A DNA stretch of 64,000 nt from Salpingoeca rosetta (taxonomy: Eukaryota > Protista > Choanoflagellata), in assembly GCA_033442325.1 (NCBI GenBank), contig JAWQFM010000023.1, positions 1,156,056-1,220,055 of the forward strand, read 5' to 3'. How positions within the stretch are numbered: position 1 is the stretch's first letter; each line of letters starts with the position of its first letter. This document shows, piece by piece, positions 1 to 24,023 of the stretch. The translations under genes were made by a program, and so were the position numbers. Below the pieces are notes generated by a model, which saw nothing but the letters and a program-made list of their open reading frames with translations, was not told the origin of the DNA and made no database searches.

Positions 1-224
1 TTTGTGTTTTGTTTGTTTGTTTGTATATTTGTGTGTTTGTATGTATAGTTGTGTGTTTGTATGTTTGTTTGTTTGTTTGTTTGTTTGTGTGTGTGTTTTT
101 GTGCGTGTGTGTGCGAATTTGTTCTTCTTCACCTGCCGTCGGCGTGTTCTCATTTTACATGCACCACCACCTACATCGGACGCCTGGCGCATTCCGTTGC
201 GCTTCCCTAAACACGTCCCTGCAG

Positions 225-976
225 GAATGTGCTCGTGAATGACAACAACGTGGTCAAGATTGCAGACTTTGGCATGGTATGACTCAAACGCCAAAGCCAT
301 GTCATGTTTGGCAGATGTCAATGCGCTGTGAAAATGTTCTGACTCTCGATTCCAAAGCGCAGGCTTGCCCCTGCCACACTGCACGTGTCACATTCACGAA
401 TACTCACTGTCTGCCCGATACTGCCATCACTCCTTGGTGCCATCAGTCCCGCAACACGGAGGAGAGCGACTACTACAAGAAGCGTTCGGATGACCGTGTG
501 CCAATCAAGTGGATGGTGAGCACTGCATGCCTGTGTCACAATACCACACTTGAATGTCTGCACGTTCAGTGGCATGCGTTTTCACACCCAATCTGTGCTT
601 CATGCTCAGTGCTTGTGTACCCAACGTTTCCTCTTAGCGTATGTGGCCGCCACCGCCACCGCCACCGCCACAACCACTACCACTACCATTACCACGCCTG
701 TTCACCTCATTAACCCGGTCCATCTGCTACCACTGCCCTGCTGCCCGCTGTGCCCAAAGGCGCCAGAATCGGTGACGGACCGCATCTACACGAGCCGGAG
801 TGACGTGTGGTCGTTTGGCGTTCTCACGTGGGAGGTGTACTCCTTTGCACGCGCCCCTTATGCCGAATACACGGCCATGGAGGCTGTTGCTGCCGCTGCC
901 GCGGGCTACAGGTGCGCTATGGGACGTGGTGAGGCCAGAAAGAAGGAAATTTTGGGTGTGTGCCATGGGAATTTGA

Positions 977-1042
<66 letters not shown>

Positions 1043-1924
1043 CACGCATGCACGACAGTAACCTGGTTGTTGAGCGCTCATATGTGTGCTGTTACCCCCC
1101 TCCCGTCTCAAACAAACACGTGTTTTCGCTCGTAAGGCTGCCCCGCCCGGACATGTGCCCCGAAGGGATGTACACGGTAATGCAGCTGTGCTGGGCGTAC
1201 GGGAGCCAGGATCGCCCCTCCTTTGCTGTCCTCGCACACGAGATTGACTTCTTCCTGCGCACAGGCCGCTTCAAAGCGCTCGTGCAAGCAGAAAGCACAC
1301 AGACGAAACGGGGTGCAGACAGCCGCAGACACCACCATCCCGCCCCGTCGACTGCCATCGGTAGTGGTGGCGGTGGCTACGACAATGTTGGTTCGCACAC
1401 CGGCTATTTCGGGGAGCGCGAGGTGGCACCTGTTGCGGTGGACGCAACTGGCTATGTTGCTGATGCTTCCCTGGATGGCAACGACGCTGACAGCGGGTCT
1501 GGTGGTACAGTGACATACCCACGCCTGGAGCCCAACACGCCAGCTGCGACCACGCTGTACGCTGAGACCCCCGCGCGTCGCAGACAGCACGAACCGCCAT
1601 ATCCACGCACTGTCCCGAATACTCAGGTTTGGACTGTGTGTGTCTGTGTGTCTGTGTGTGTTTGTGTGTGTCTGTGTGTGTGTGTGTGTTTGTGTTTGTG
1701 TCTGTGTCTGTGTGTGCATGATTGTTTGTAGTGGGGTGAACTCGGTGCATGATTTGTGCCTTCGTGCGGTGAGGGTGAGCAATGTTGGTAACAAAGCCTA
1801 CACATGGTCACTCACGCTGCTTGCGCTTGCATGGCTTGGAATACGTTGCGCGCAGGGTGGCATGGTACAAAATGCTGCATACCAACGCCTGCCAAACCTT
1901 CATGGCCAATCCCCTGCCCCGTGA
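225..1924 (+). CDS. Protein tyrosine kinase, probably receptor-type; 3' part only (gene starts upstream of the window). Exons 225-276, 447-515, 760-911, 1137-1626, 1856-1924
   Basis: The spliced translation gives (R)[17 protein letters not shown] / [23 protein letters not shown] / APES...[15 protein letters not shown] / [19 protein letters not shown]...RPSF. These are kinase subdomains VIb-XI with the Tyr-kinase PIKWMAPE signature. All introns are GT-AG and in phase. A Tyr-rich tail follows. Confidence 0.93.
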
Positions 1925-2396
1925 ACACTTGACACTGCCACACTTGTCACGCTATATCCATCGCAAACGAGTCTTATTGAGCACTTTTGCACTGTTACTC
2001 TCGTGTCCCAAATGATCGTGTGTGGGACCACTGCATATTCTTTTGCGTGCTCGTGTACGACCATGTATCAGTTGTAGTTGCATTAAATCAGAGTGCATTA
2101 GCGTGCGCAAGATGTCAGTTGCACACTGCGACGTGCCGACCATGGCAAACGCAAATATCGAAGCACGCACGGACGCGTGAGTATGCACACACGCACGCAC
2201 ACAACGCACACATACACACCCACACACCCACACACCCACACACCCACACACCCACACACACGCACGCACGGACACGCAGCACACACATACACATGCACAC
2301 AACACAACACATACATATTCACACACAAAACATCACACAGACAACAAGATGATGTTGCCAGAGGTCGCCTCATCATTCCATCATTCCACGTCGCCA

Positions 2397-5235
2397 TCAA
2401 AGGTGCACGCGTCGAATGCGGCGGTTCTGCTGGTCCACAAACACAATTGCGCGTTCGCCAATGTCGTAGGCGACGCTGACAGGTGAGTGAAGGTTTGTGG
2501 CGTTTGGTTCATTGCCATCGCCGTTGAAGCCTCGACTGCCCGTGCCTGCAAGCACGGTCACCGGAGAATCACCGCCGTCCAAGCTCACAGACCGCAGCAC
2601 GTGCTTGTTTGTGTCTGCAATGACCAGCATGGTGCCCTTTGCATTGACAGCAACGCCTTCAGGGTGGTCCAGATTCGTCTCAAGCGCAGCAGTGGTCGTG
2701 CTGCCGTCCACATCACCGCCGTACCGGCCCGTGCCAACCAGTGTGTCGATGATTTTGTAGCTGTCCAGATCAACGTAGCGGATGCGGTTGTTGCCCTTGT
2801 CAGCTATGTACAAATCACCGGCGCCGCGAACAGCAATGCCTGTGGGCGCGTTGAGCCACGCGGTTGTGGCTGGGCGGCCGTCACCGTGGTATCCTTTGCG
2901 GAAGGGCGTGCCAGCAACGACGTCAATCACAACAGAGCGTCGGTCCACACCGTACACAACATGGTTCTCCGTGTCGGCGATGTACAGCGTGCCGCGGCTG
3001 TCGAACGCAAGGCCGTGCGGGGAGTGGATCTGCGCCGCGCGACTTGAGCCGCCCATGCCACGATGGCCGGCCTCGCCCGTGCCGACAAACACAGACAGGA
3101 CGCCCGTGCTTGCGTCCACGACGCTGACACGGTGGTTGCCCTTCTCCGAGATGTACACGTTGCCCATGGTGTCGACGGCCACGCACGTGGGGCGGTCCAG
3201 CTGCGCAGCTGTGGCCAGGCCGCCAACGCCAGTGGACCCGCGGGTCTTGGTGCCGGCGATGGTGGTGATGGTGCTGCCGTCACGCGAGATGCTCACGACG
3301 CGGTGGCGGATGGCAATGTACGTGGCGCCCGTCACGTCCACGGCAACGCACTCGGCCTGGTTGAGGCCTGTTGCTGTGGGGTCACTCGACCCCGTCCAGT
3401 CCACCAGGCCGTTGCCGGCGATGGTTTCCACAGTGCCGGTCGCCTGTGTGGTGAACGTGACTTCCGTCGTCGTCGTCACAGCGGTAGCGGTTGAGCGGGT
3501 GCTTGCCTCAAAGCACAGGCACACCTGCAAACATTGTGCGTGTGAGTGTGAGTGTGTGCGCGTATGCGCGCGCGTGTGTGTACATATGTGTGTACATGTG
3601 TGTTTTGTGGTGAAATGAGAGGATGCTTTAAGGGCTGCAGTTGTCACGGTGCTTGTGGTCTGATCCTGGCCGTCGGTGTACCCGCACAGTCATGGCCACA
3701 CACAAGATCACATCAAGCATACACACATGCACACGCACAACATTACACATTCAAACCCACACCCACCCACATACACACGCACACAACACGTGACGTACAT
3801 TGCGGCAGCCCTCGTGCTCCTCGAAGAAAGAGGCGTCCAGTCCTTGTGATGCACAATGCGCTGAACAGTCATCCTCTTCTTGAGTAATCTCGAAGCGTTT
3901 CCTGCACCCGCACGTGCACACCTGCAATTGACCAAGTTATATGCACACGCGTTGCACGTGCAGATTGGACGGTGTAAGCAGCATGTGTACATTTGCAGCA
4001 ATGCTGTGGCGTGGGACGCATGGCCTGCACACCAGCTTCTTCTCTTCTGTGTTACCGCTGCATGCGACATGAATGCGCGTGAATGTACGTGAATGCACAT
4101 GAAAGTGTGCACTTTGCGTGTGCGTGAAACCTCACCCGCGTGCAGCCGCCGTAGGTGGCCATGAAAGTCGAGTCCTCGTTGTTACGCTCACAACGTTCGC
4201 GGCACGTGGCCGGATTGAGGGAACGGCTCAGGCCTTCACACGCGTTGACGGTTGTGGGTGATCCAGTCGTGGAGATGGCTGGAGGTCGAGGAAAGAAACA
4301 CGGCAAGATGGCAAGACGTGTGAGACTGACGCAACAGAAGTGAAACACGTGACACGCCCGCACATGAACTGCGCTGAGGTTGTGATATGATATGATGCAG
4401 TCACCATGCATGTAGGAATGCTGGTCACAAGAACATTACAACATGCTGCAGGATCGGGCGGATGAGACAACAACAATAAAAGAACATTGTCAACAGTCCT
4501 CAACTCACGTTGGCAGGTCTTTGCGACGCCAGACCACTCTGCTCGGCCGTTGGTGATGGAGCATGTGCGGGACGTGTCGCCAGAGGCGGACAGCTCATAC
4601 CCATAGTTGCAGCTCTCGTACGTGCACGTGTCACCTGTGCGTTTATGTGTGCGTTTGGGTGTGTGACTCTAACGTGTGCATGTCACGTTCCCTCCTCACA
4701 CACATGCACACACACAAAAGGAAGTTGCAGTGAACAGCATTGACGATTACAGAGATACAAAATCGGCCATGCACGCACGCATAGACGCACACGCACACAC
4801 GCACGCGCTCATACCTTTAGCGCCAGAGCACGTGCCAGATGTCGCGCCATTTGTCAGCGTTAGAGCACCGCAGGACAGTTCTGTAGACGGGGTGGTGGCC
4901 AAGCAATACGGTTGAGATTGGGGGTGATGTGTGAAATGTTTGCGGGTCACCATGAACTACAACTGCCCCTTCTCCTTCCTTATCTCGTCACATTGATTCA
5001 CATTGTATGTTTCAACTCACGCCTGCACTTGGTTCCTCCAGCGGAGTAGAAGCCATCCTCCTCGCGACAGCGGACCTGCCAGTGTTCAGACACAACACGA
5101 CCAGAATGGAAATCAGAACAGATGACAAAAAAGAAAAAACGAGTACGTTCTTGGCAGACGCGTATGCCACGCGACTCGACGCAGTTCATGCCATCATTGC
5201 TCACATACACAAACACAGACGGACACACACAGACA

Positions 5236-5278
<43 letters not shown>

Positions 5279-6831
5279 CCAAACAAAGGCAAGACATACG
5301 TCGCACACGCGGACTTGGGGAGAAGATGAACCCGTGTTGTAAATGCCTGGAAGTTGTGTCACGTTGAAAGAAACGCCCTGATGAGCACAACACGCCAACG
5401 TTGGGTGTCGAAGCAGAGAAGGGCTGTGATCACAATCTGAAAACAGACGTATCACAGCAACGCTACGCACGCACGCACACACACACACATGCACGTGAGC
5501 ATAACACTGACCTGCAAAGACTGAGCCCTCGGATGCCAGGATGCTGTAACTGCCGGAAAGTGTATCACCAAGTGTGCAGTCAACAAGCTCTGCGCCAGCC
5601 AACAGCGAGCAATCATACACGAGGGTTGACCCCTTCTTGGAGACGCCGCTAACGGCTAAGATTGAGGGTCGGGGTACAGCACATGTTCATGTCTCAGATG
5701 GGATGAATTGTGCATGATTTGCAAAGCCATCACAAAGCAGTGGCTGTTGTCCTTGGCTCAATCAAATACACACACGCACACACTTTCACAAGCACCGACA
5801 CACGCACACAACACAACGCACACGCGTGTACACACGAACGACGCACCATAGGTGTCGAAATCGCAGTACTGGGCCGTGTTGCCGCTCACGGTTAGTGTCT
5901 CTGCGGATGCGTAGATGCGCTTGGAAAGAGACGCTCCCGCGTCTTGGCACAGAATCTCGTACGTGTCTGTGCCTGCAGGCAAGCAACAATGGTGAGGGCA
6001 TGATAGCGCCACCAGCAGTGACAACGACAACGGTAATGGCAGATGCTCATACGCATGAGATTGATAAGTGCGAAACTAAATACGGATAAGTGCCAACGTG
6101 TAGTGCTGCAAACGATGAGATATAACCGCAACCGCAGGGCTCACCGGAGGTGTAGTAGAGGCCAGTGATGGCCTGACCGGCAGCACAGGCAATGGTGAAA
6201 TTGGTTCCTCCATCACCCTCAATCGTTTCTGTACCAGAGAAGGAGGGGGGCGAGAGAGTGTGTGAATGTGTGTGTGTGTGTGAATGTGTGTGAGCGGTGT
6301 GACAACTCAACAACACACACGCGCGCACACACACGCACGCACACACACACACTCAAATGCATACAGTGACTGCTGCGTACCCAAACAGGTCTTCTCGTCG
6401 CCGTCCCAGTATGCCGTGTCTTCGTCTTGAATGCATGTGCGTGACGAGCTGCCGCCAATGCCAAACACAAAGCCGTCATCACAGCTATCGTAGACACAGA
6501 CGTCGCCTGACGGGGAAAAACCAGCAACACCAACAACGTTTCACATGAGACAAGGTCTCGAGCAGCAACTCAGGATAGAAGATAAGGCCGTGCCTTCTAC
6601 ATCATCATATCCACATGGCAGCCAAGCCTCCCCATCCCTTTCTTACCGACGGTGCCAGAGCAGGACCCAGACACGCTGCCGTATTCCAGCGTCAGCGTCG
6701 GGCACATCACCTCTGGCAGGCACGTGATAGCGCGCAAGAGTAACAATGCATAGGAAATGTGCGAAACAGCATGAGTGCACAAACGGCCACAACTGGATGC
6801 TTGGATGAGCATCTCGTCGCCAAACAAGCAG

Positions 6832-6907
<76 letters not shown>

Positions 6908-7809
6908 GTGCATGTTGCGATGGTGGCATCCCAGGAGGCGGAGTGTCCGTCCGCATGGAGTACACATGTGGTGGTTGTGATGCTTGATGAAGGCCAATAC
7001 CCGGTGTCGCAGGTGAAACTGCACTCGCCACCCACAGTGCCGTCGCAAGTGCCACTTGTTACACCATTCTGCACTTCGATGCTTGAGCACGTCACCACTG
7101 CAACCCAAATAGAGACGTCGTGGTGGTATTAGTAGTGACTATGGGGAGACACACATGGTGCTCATTCGTGACACGTTGGTGTCGTGGAGCAAGAATGACA
7201 TGGCGCGCACAGACTGTGCAAACTGATCCCTTGCTCCCCGCACGCATATGCACACACACACACACATTTACATGCATCCCTCTCTCTCCGTCCATCTCTC
7301 ACCTTCGCACTGCTTGGATGTGCCAGACCAGGCAGCGACGCCGTCCGTCACACCGCACGTGCGACGAGTGGAGCCGCCAGACGACAGCGCATATCCAGTG
7401 TCACATTCATCGTAGGTGCACGTGTCATCTGTCATGACATGAAGTGCATGATTGTGTAAGATTGTGTATGATTATGCAGGGCGGTATAGGACACGCATAG
7501 TATAACGTACATAACATTGTATGTTGCTCTCGGATCAGTCTGACAAGGCACGATTCCTTGTTGATTGTTTGCAGTTACAGGTTGCTCACCATAGTTGCCG
7601 CTGCATTCGCCACTCGTCTGCCCGTTCGCCAGCACGATTTCGCCGCAGTCAACCGCTGGAGAATGCATCAAGTTGAACGCGAGTGATGCGATTACGCAGA
7701 GCAATGTGTTCCATGTGAGCGGATGGTGCAGAAGTACAGTTGCATCGTGCTCGTATCCGACTCCACCTACACCCGCCCGCTCATATTCACCCACACACAG
7801 TCTGCCTCC

Positions 7810-7890
<81 letters not shown>

Positions 7891-9537
7891 TCCCCCTCTC
7901 CCTTAACTGGTTGCGTACAATCTTACTAATGCATGTGCGCTCGGAGCCTGTCCACTCAGCCACAGCGAGCCCGTCAGAATCTGTTGTTTCTGTGCAGGTG
8001 CGAGTGAAACCGCCACTGGCCTCTGTTGGCGACAGCACAAAGCCGTCGTTGCAGCCCCGCTCGCATGTCGACCCTGCCAGCGATTGTCGATCCATGACAC
8101 ACGTGCATGTGAGGGGATGCAACAACATCAACTTTTGTGGCATCACCCATTCCAACGCTAACATTGCAGTGGAACACACACACACACACATACCCACACG
8201 CACACACACGCGCGCGCAGTCACATACACACACAGAGCCATGGCCATTACATTGAATGATCACATTCACTCACCAAGCGTGCCCGTGCACGTGTCGCCCC
8301 GCCATCCATTCGTGGGAGCAGTCAATTCAGAGCATTCCAGGACTGTCACCGCAAATTCATGGGGCAAGTACGGTGTCGATGTGAAGAGAGCGTGTGAGTG
8401 ACACAACAAACACAGAAGACAAAGACCGACGGGCAAGTGTAGGAACGAAGGAATGTCAATCCCACATAATCCTCCAAAGACACTGCATGCATTCATTTTA
8501 AAATCAAGCCACGCACGTTCACAGTAGGGTTCCGTTCCTGTCCAGCCGTCTGCGGTGCATTCGCGCGAGAAGGTGGTGCCGCGCAGGGCGTAACCAGAAG
8601 GGCAGGAGTAGTACGTGCACACGTCACCTGTGACGTGAATGAATATGCATGCATGCAAGCATGTGTGTGTGTGTGTGCGTGTAAGCGGAATCAGCGGCAG
8701 AAGACGTGACAGAGTGACACAGCAAGTCGATCTGTTTACGTGGGTGTGATGCAGGCAATCATAAGAGCGACGAAGGATGCTGGTGCGTCATCACCGTAAT
8801 TGCCGCTGCAGCTGCCAATGAGGGTAATCTGTGAATGCGTCAGCCTGTTGCAAGTGATTGCTACAGTGGATGCAAGCCAACATTTCGCGCGACCGAGGGT
8901 GAGTAAAGATGCGTGTGTTTCAACAAAACAACATGGGCAACCAAACACAGCACACGCAGCATACTTCCACAAACGAGAACAAAAGTATGGTCTCACACAC
9001 AATCACACACAACATACAACGCACACACAACACATACTGTGCATTTGCCCAATGTTTCAAGCCCTCGTTGTAACTTACGTTCACATGTGATGTCTGCACC
9101 AGACCAGGCACCATCAGCGTCACACGTGCGCGTTGTCGCTGCGCTGCTGAATTCGTATCCGGTGTTGCAGCTCTCAAACGTGCATTCATCGCCTGCGACG
9201 TGCAAGCGGCCAAGCCAGGCGGACAAGCATGTGGATGACGTGTTATTCCTTGGACACAGCACAAACAAGCAGTTCGACTCATGGACCCGAACAAGAAGGG
9301 TTTCGCGCACCGACCTTCAAATCCGGTGCAATCACCCGAGATGGTGCCATGGGTGATCGTCAACTGAGGACACACAGGCTCTGTCAACATTGGACACAGC
9401 TATTCTAAGTGAGCCTGGGCGCGTCCATGGTGCTTGGAATGACGAATTACTCCGTTCCGCACAGAGGGCACCACAACATCACGCGCACAAAACCGCAGGC
9501 AAAGAACCACACGCACACAACGGCATGCACACACACG

Positions 9538-9570
<33 letters not shown>

Positions 9571-10784
9571 ACACGCGCGCACACACACACGCACGCATAC
9601 AGCGCAAACGCACCGCTGCAATACCCGTCGCTGTTGAGCATGGTGCCATCGACGCATTGTGGCTGCGCAACGCATGCAAAAAGTACGTGTGAATGACAAT
9701 AACATGCACAAATCCACCATCATGATTGCGCATCAGCTGGTCAGCCAGCAGATCGGTTGAGCTTGACACTAGTCACAGCAACGTGTGTCTGTGGCACTCA
9801 CTTTGCACTCAGTAAAGGTCCACTCGCGGTCACTTGTGGAAGAATCAAATGTGGATGTCAAACCTGTGAATGAAAGCAGATGCACGAGACAGCAAGATGG
9901 TGAGCGAGCAGAGTACCATGCATGTATTCGACAGGTCGTGTGGGTGGTGGTGATGCTGCAACACCGAGCAGAGGCAGTACAGCCTCTCTCGACGACAGAG
10001 GAGGCGGGTAAACGAGGAAACACACGAACTTGTGATGACATATGCGCCGGAGCTTGTTGAGAAGTCAAAGTCTGCGCCAGCAGCATTGACAGCCACAGCG
10101 CCGTTGCAATTCACGGCGGAGATCTCGGTGTTCTCATAGCCAGTGCACTGGAACGAGTACACGCGGTCTTGAAACGACGAAACATAGGCAGACTTCACGC
10201 CGGTGATGTCTGCAAACAGGATATGGAGCGCGAATTGAAGACAGAGATGAGAGAAATGCTGTGGAGCGCCACAACACGTGAATGTGGACACACGTAAACG
10301 AGCGTGCAAACAAGCAAATGCGTAAAGCAGGTACAATCACGCACACACACACTTGTGCAAGCTGCACCTGTCTTCCAGCAAAGCATGCAAGAGTCAGCGC
10401 CATGCATGCGTTGCACGGGTTTGTAACCCGACCGTGTCGCATGCTCGAGTCACAACTATCATCGCCCGCGCTCCCCAATTGACTGACATGTGTTGCTTGG
10501 GCAGGAGACGGTGAACGCTGTCCCAAGCTTTCCATAGGCAGGAGTGGACCAGGTCTGGCTGGTGATAACCTGCCCACCGCTGGTTGGTTTCGTGCACGTG
10601 AAGGCCCAGCGACGGTCTGTGCTGCTAGCTGCAAACTGTGTCGAGATTGTGGTGATGGCGGTGGAGGTCTCGCAGTACGAGCCAAACGATTCTTGGTAGT
10701 CAGCGACAAAGTTCCCGTTGGTGATGCCACTGAGGGACAGCGCTGCCGAGGAGAAAACGGGATGCATGGGGGAAAGAAGTTGGA

Positions 10785-10880
<96 letters not shown>

Positions 10881-12489
10881 GACAGACGCACACGTGTACA
10901 TACACAATGGTAACAGTGAGAACAATCAAGAGAAAAGGCTGGTGTAGTCGCGTGAAGTTGCTCCGCGGCAACATGACAGGAAGCTGCTGCACACATGGCC
11001 TTGTCACATGCCCATGCATTGGTACGGCCGACACACAGACAGACACACACACACACACACACAATCACACATGCATGTGCGCGCGATGATATCTTTGCGC
11101 AGATTTTCATTCAATCTTACTGGTGCACACTCGGGGAACGTCGCTGTTGACGTAGTCGCCAGTCAGGTCGCACTCCACTTCGCACGTGGTGATTTTCCAA
11201 CGACGATCCCACTCACTAACACGCGCAATCGACAAGGGAGAAATGCATCAGTCATGTGTGCAACGCATGCGCTGTACGAGCGACATTCGCTCGACACACG
11301 CGCACTACGCACAAGCATGTCTACACCGCGTACACGTACACATGAAAATGCACACACACGCACACAGAGGAATACATGTTCTTACAAAAGGGTGTCGGTG
11401 TATTTGCTGTACAAGCCAGTGATGATCTTGTTGGTGCCAGTGATGTCGTAGTCAAGGTTGCCCGTCCTCGAGTTTTCATAAGACGCTGTGTTGACGAGCA
11501 GGTGCGATTGTCATGTAAGGACGTGTGTGTGTGTGTGCGTGTGTGGAGGTGTGTATGTGTGCGTGTGTGGAGGTGTGTATGTGTGCGTTGGATGTGTGCG
11601 TGCGTTTGTGGAGATGTGGATGCGTGTATGTGTGCTTGTATGTATGTGTGTGTAAATCGCACTGAAACCCCGTTCACATCACTATGCAACAGCCAACTTG
11701 TTTCAAGCACTCGCATGACAAACGATACAGGCATCAAAAGTGACGCAACGCGCATTGCATGGACCGCACATGTTTGTGCACAGTTGAGCAGTTGAACGCT
11801 GTCCGGTCGACGGCAGGTGTACGTCCACAAGCGGTCCACACTGCTGTATGTCGATTCAAGCTTCTCCATGTCTGAGTGCGCACAGTTTACAGCATTATTG
11901 GGTTAGCGTTGAATGCACACAGTACCACGAGAGTGCAAGGAAATGAGGCGGAGGATGGGATCGGCACAAGAGAGCTCACGTTCCTTGCTCTCAAGCAGAC
12001 ACACACTTACAGTAGCCGCTTGCACAATCGTAGTTGTTGTTGCTGTGAAGGTCACGAACGTCGTAACCACCACTGCTTTGCGTGTCGCTGGAGGCGGTGC
12101 CAATCGGGGCACAGCTGAAGTCCCAACGGCGATCATACTTGTTGTCGCTATATTTGCTGGTCATGTAGGTGAGGCCTTCTCCTGTATCGCAGCGGAAGTA
12201 CAAGTCGCCTCGCTGTGACGTCCCGAGGTTCCACACGTTGGTGTTCATGCGTGTATGTGTGCGAGAGTTTGTGAATCACAATCAGCGAAAAAGAAGACCC
12301 AAGTAGCAAGCAAACTTTCATGTCACTCTCGCGCTCAGAGAATATCCTGCTGACGATGGCACAAGCACAGCACTCAACTACCGTTCATACATTGCTGTTC
12401 ACGTAGGCATCAGCTTGCCGCATGAAGATGAGGGCATGAAGGAGCGGCACCAAGATCAAGATGGCACCCGCGCTCCAGCGTCCGTGCAT
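2397..12489 (-). CDS. Large secreted multi-exon protein: signal peptide, 2 dermatopontin/hemagglutinin (DERM) domains, 6 six-Cys CCP/sushi modules, degenerate DERM-like domain, 1 CCP, Thr-rich linker, NHL beta-propeller
   Basis: Exon 1 (12489-12391) reads MHGRWSAGAILILVPLLHALIFMRQADA-YVNSN. DERM motifs DRRWDFSC, DRLWTYTC, DRRWKITTC, DRRWAFTC, DRVYSFQC, DREWTFTEC lie at 12212-9800. CCP modules such as PVCPQLTITHGTISGDCTGFE/GDECTFESCNTGY...RTCDADGAWSGADITC lie at 9380-4500. The terminal exon 3524-2397 has NHL repeats (LDRPTCVAVDTMGNVYISEKGNHRV, LNAPTGIAVRGAGDLYIADKGNNRIR). No TM segment seen. Some internal exon borders are approximate. Confidence 0.82.
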
Positions 12490-13109
12490 GTTGATTGCTG
12501 CCATACACGGGTAAGGCTTTCACGCTTGATCACTTCTCCGCGCAAGCCCAAACCAATCAATGCGCGCTTTCGTCGAAGCCGAAGGGATCTTGTCGACCGA
12601 GTGCCCTGTGCTGCCACGATGAGTGCACCTCTGCCTCTTTTCGTGATGTTGAAAATGACGACTGGCTGGTTGTTTTGGTTGCTGAAGGTGGCTGTTGTGT
12701 GCGATGTCATCATTCTGTCACGTCATCTACCATGTTGTTGAGTAGTTGTCGTCACGGATTTCCCGTGACCAAAATCAGAGAGGACCTAGCCTGACGATAA
12801 TCAGCCATGTTTTCGACGATTATGAGGCAGGAGTCCTGTTCAGCCGTCGTCAATCCGGACGAACAACACAAACAACCAACGAGACAAAACAGCAGATCGC
12901 AAACAACAGTCGACATGAAACAGCTCCGCTGATGTACATGCTTGGCTGGGCATTTATCTCTTTGTCGACGCCAACCAAGTCGACAACACCCGCATCAGGT
13001 CCAGCAGTCAGACGCAAACCACCCACCCAATAGTGCCTTGGGGCGCTTTCTCCCGTAGCAAGCAAACAAGGAGAGATCTTACACACACAGCCACACTCAC
13101 ACACACACA

Positions 13110-13179
<70 letters not shown>

Positions 13180-13224
13180 CACGCACACACACACACAGAG
13201 CCACGCACGCAATCAAACACCAGG

Positions 13225-23461
<10,237 letters not shown>

Positions 23462-23477
23462 CTATGCGCAGTGGCGG

Positions 23478-23514
<37 letters not shown>

Positions 23515-24023
23515 GGACAGAAAGCTGAGTTGTGGCAGCATCTTGGCCAAGTGTTCCGAAATTCCCTTGCACTGTTGCTTGTCCGAGCTTGGCATTTGCT
23601 TCGTAGCAGCGCTCTTCCTTGTTGTCATTGGTTCGTCTTGGGCGTGATGTGAGTCGTCTTGGACGGCGCTTCCTTGTGCTTGTATGTTCTGATGCATCGT
23701 CATTGTCATTGGGTTGCGGTCCAAGGGTCCAGTCCGCTGCTGCTGTCTTCTGGTTGTGCCCGCCTCCCTGCTTCTCTTGCTTCATTCTTTCATTTTTCCC
23801 TCATTTCCGTTTCTTTCATCCCGGTCATGTTGATGTTACGACTTGTGCCTGTGTGGTCCTCTTGACTATGGGCGGCACTCCACGACCTGAGTTGCCCAAT
23901 GAGCAAGTGGGCATGCATCTCCATCCATTCCACATGTGCTGGACGCACCGTTTAGCCGAAATTTTGTCATGATACCATATATTTCTCCACAACCAACACA
24001 ACACAAACAAACAGCAGACAACG

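Noticed and set aside
2487-3618. Long plus-strand ORFs opposite the NHL exon (similar cases at 20066-20704, 22019-22633, 38762-39946)
   Set aside because: Antisense shadows of GC-rich coding exons with no recognisable motifs.
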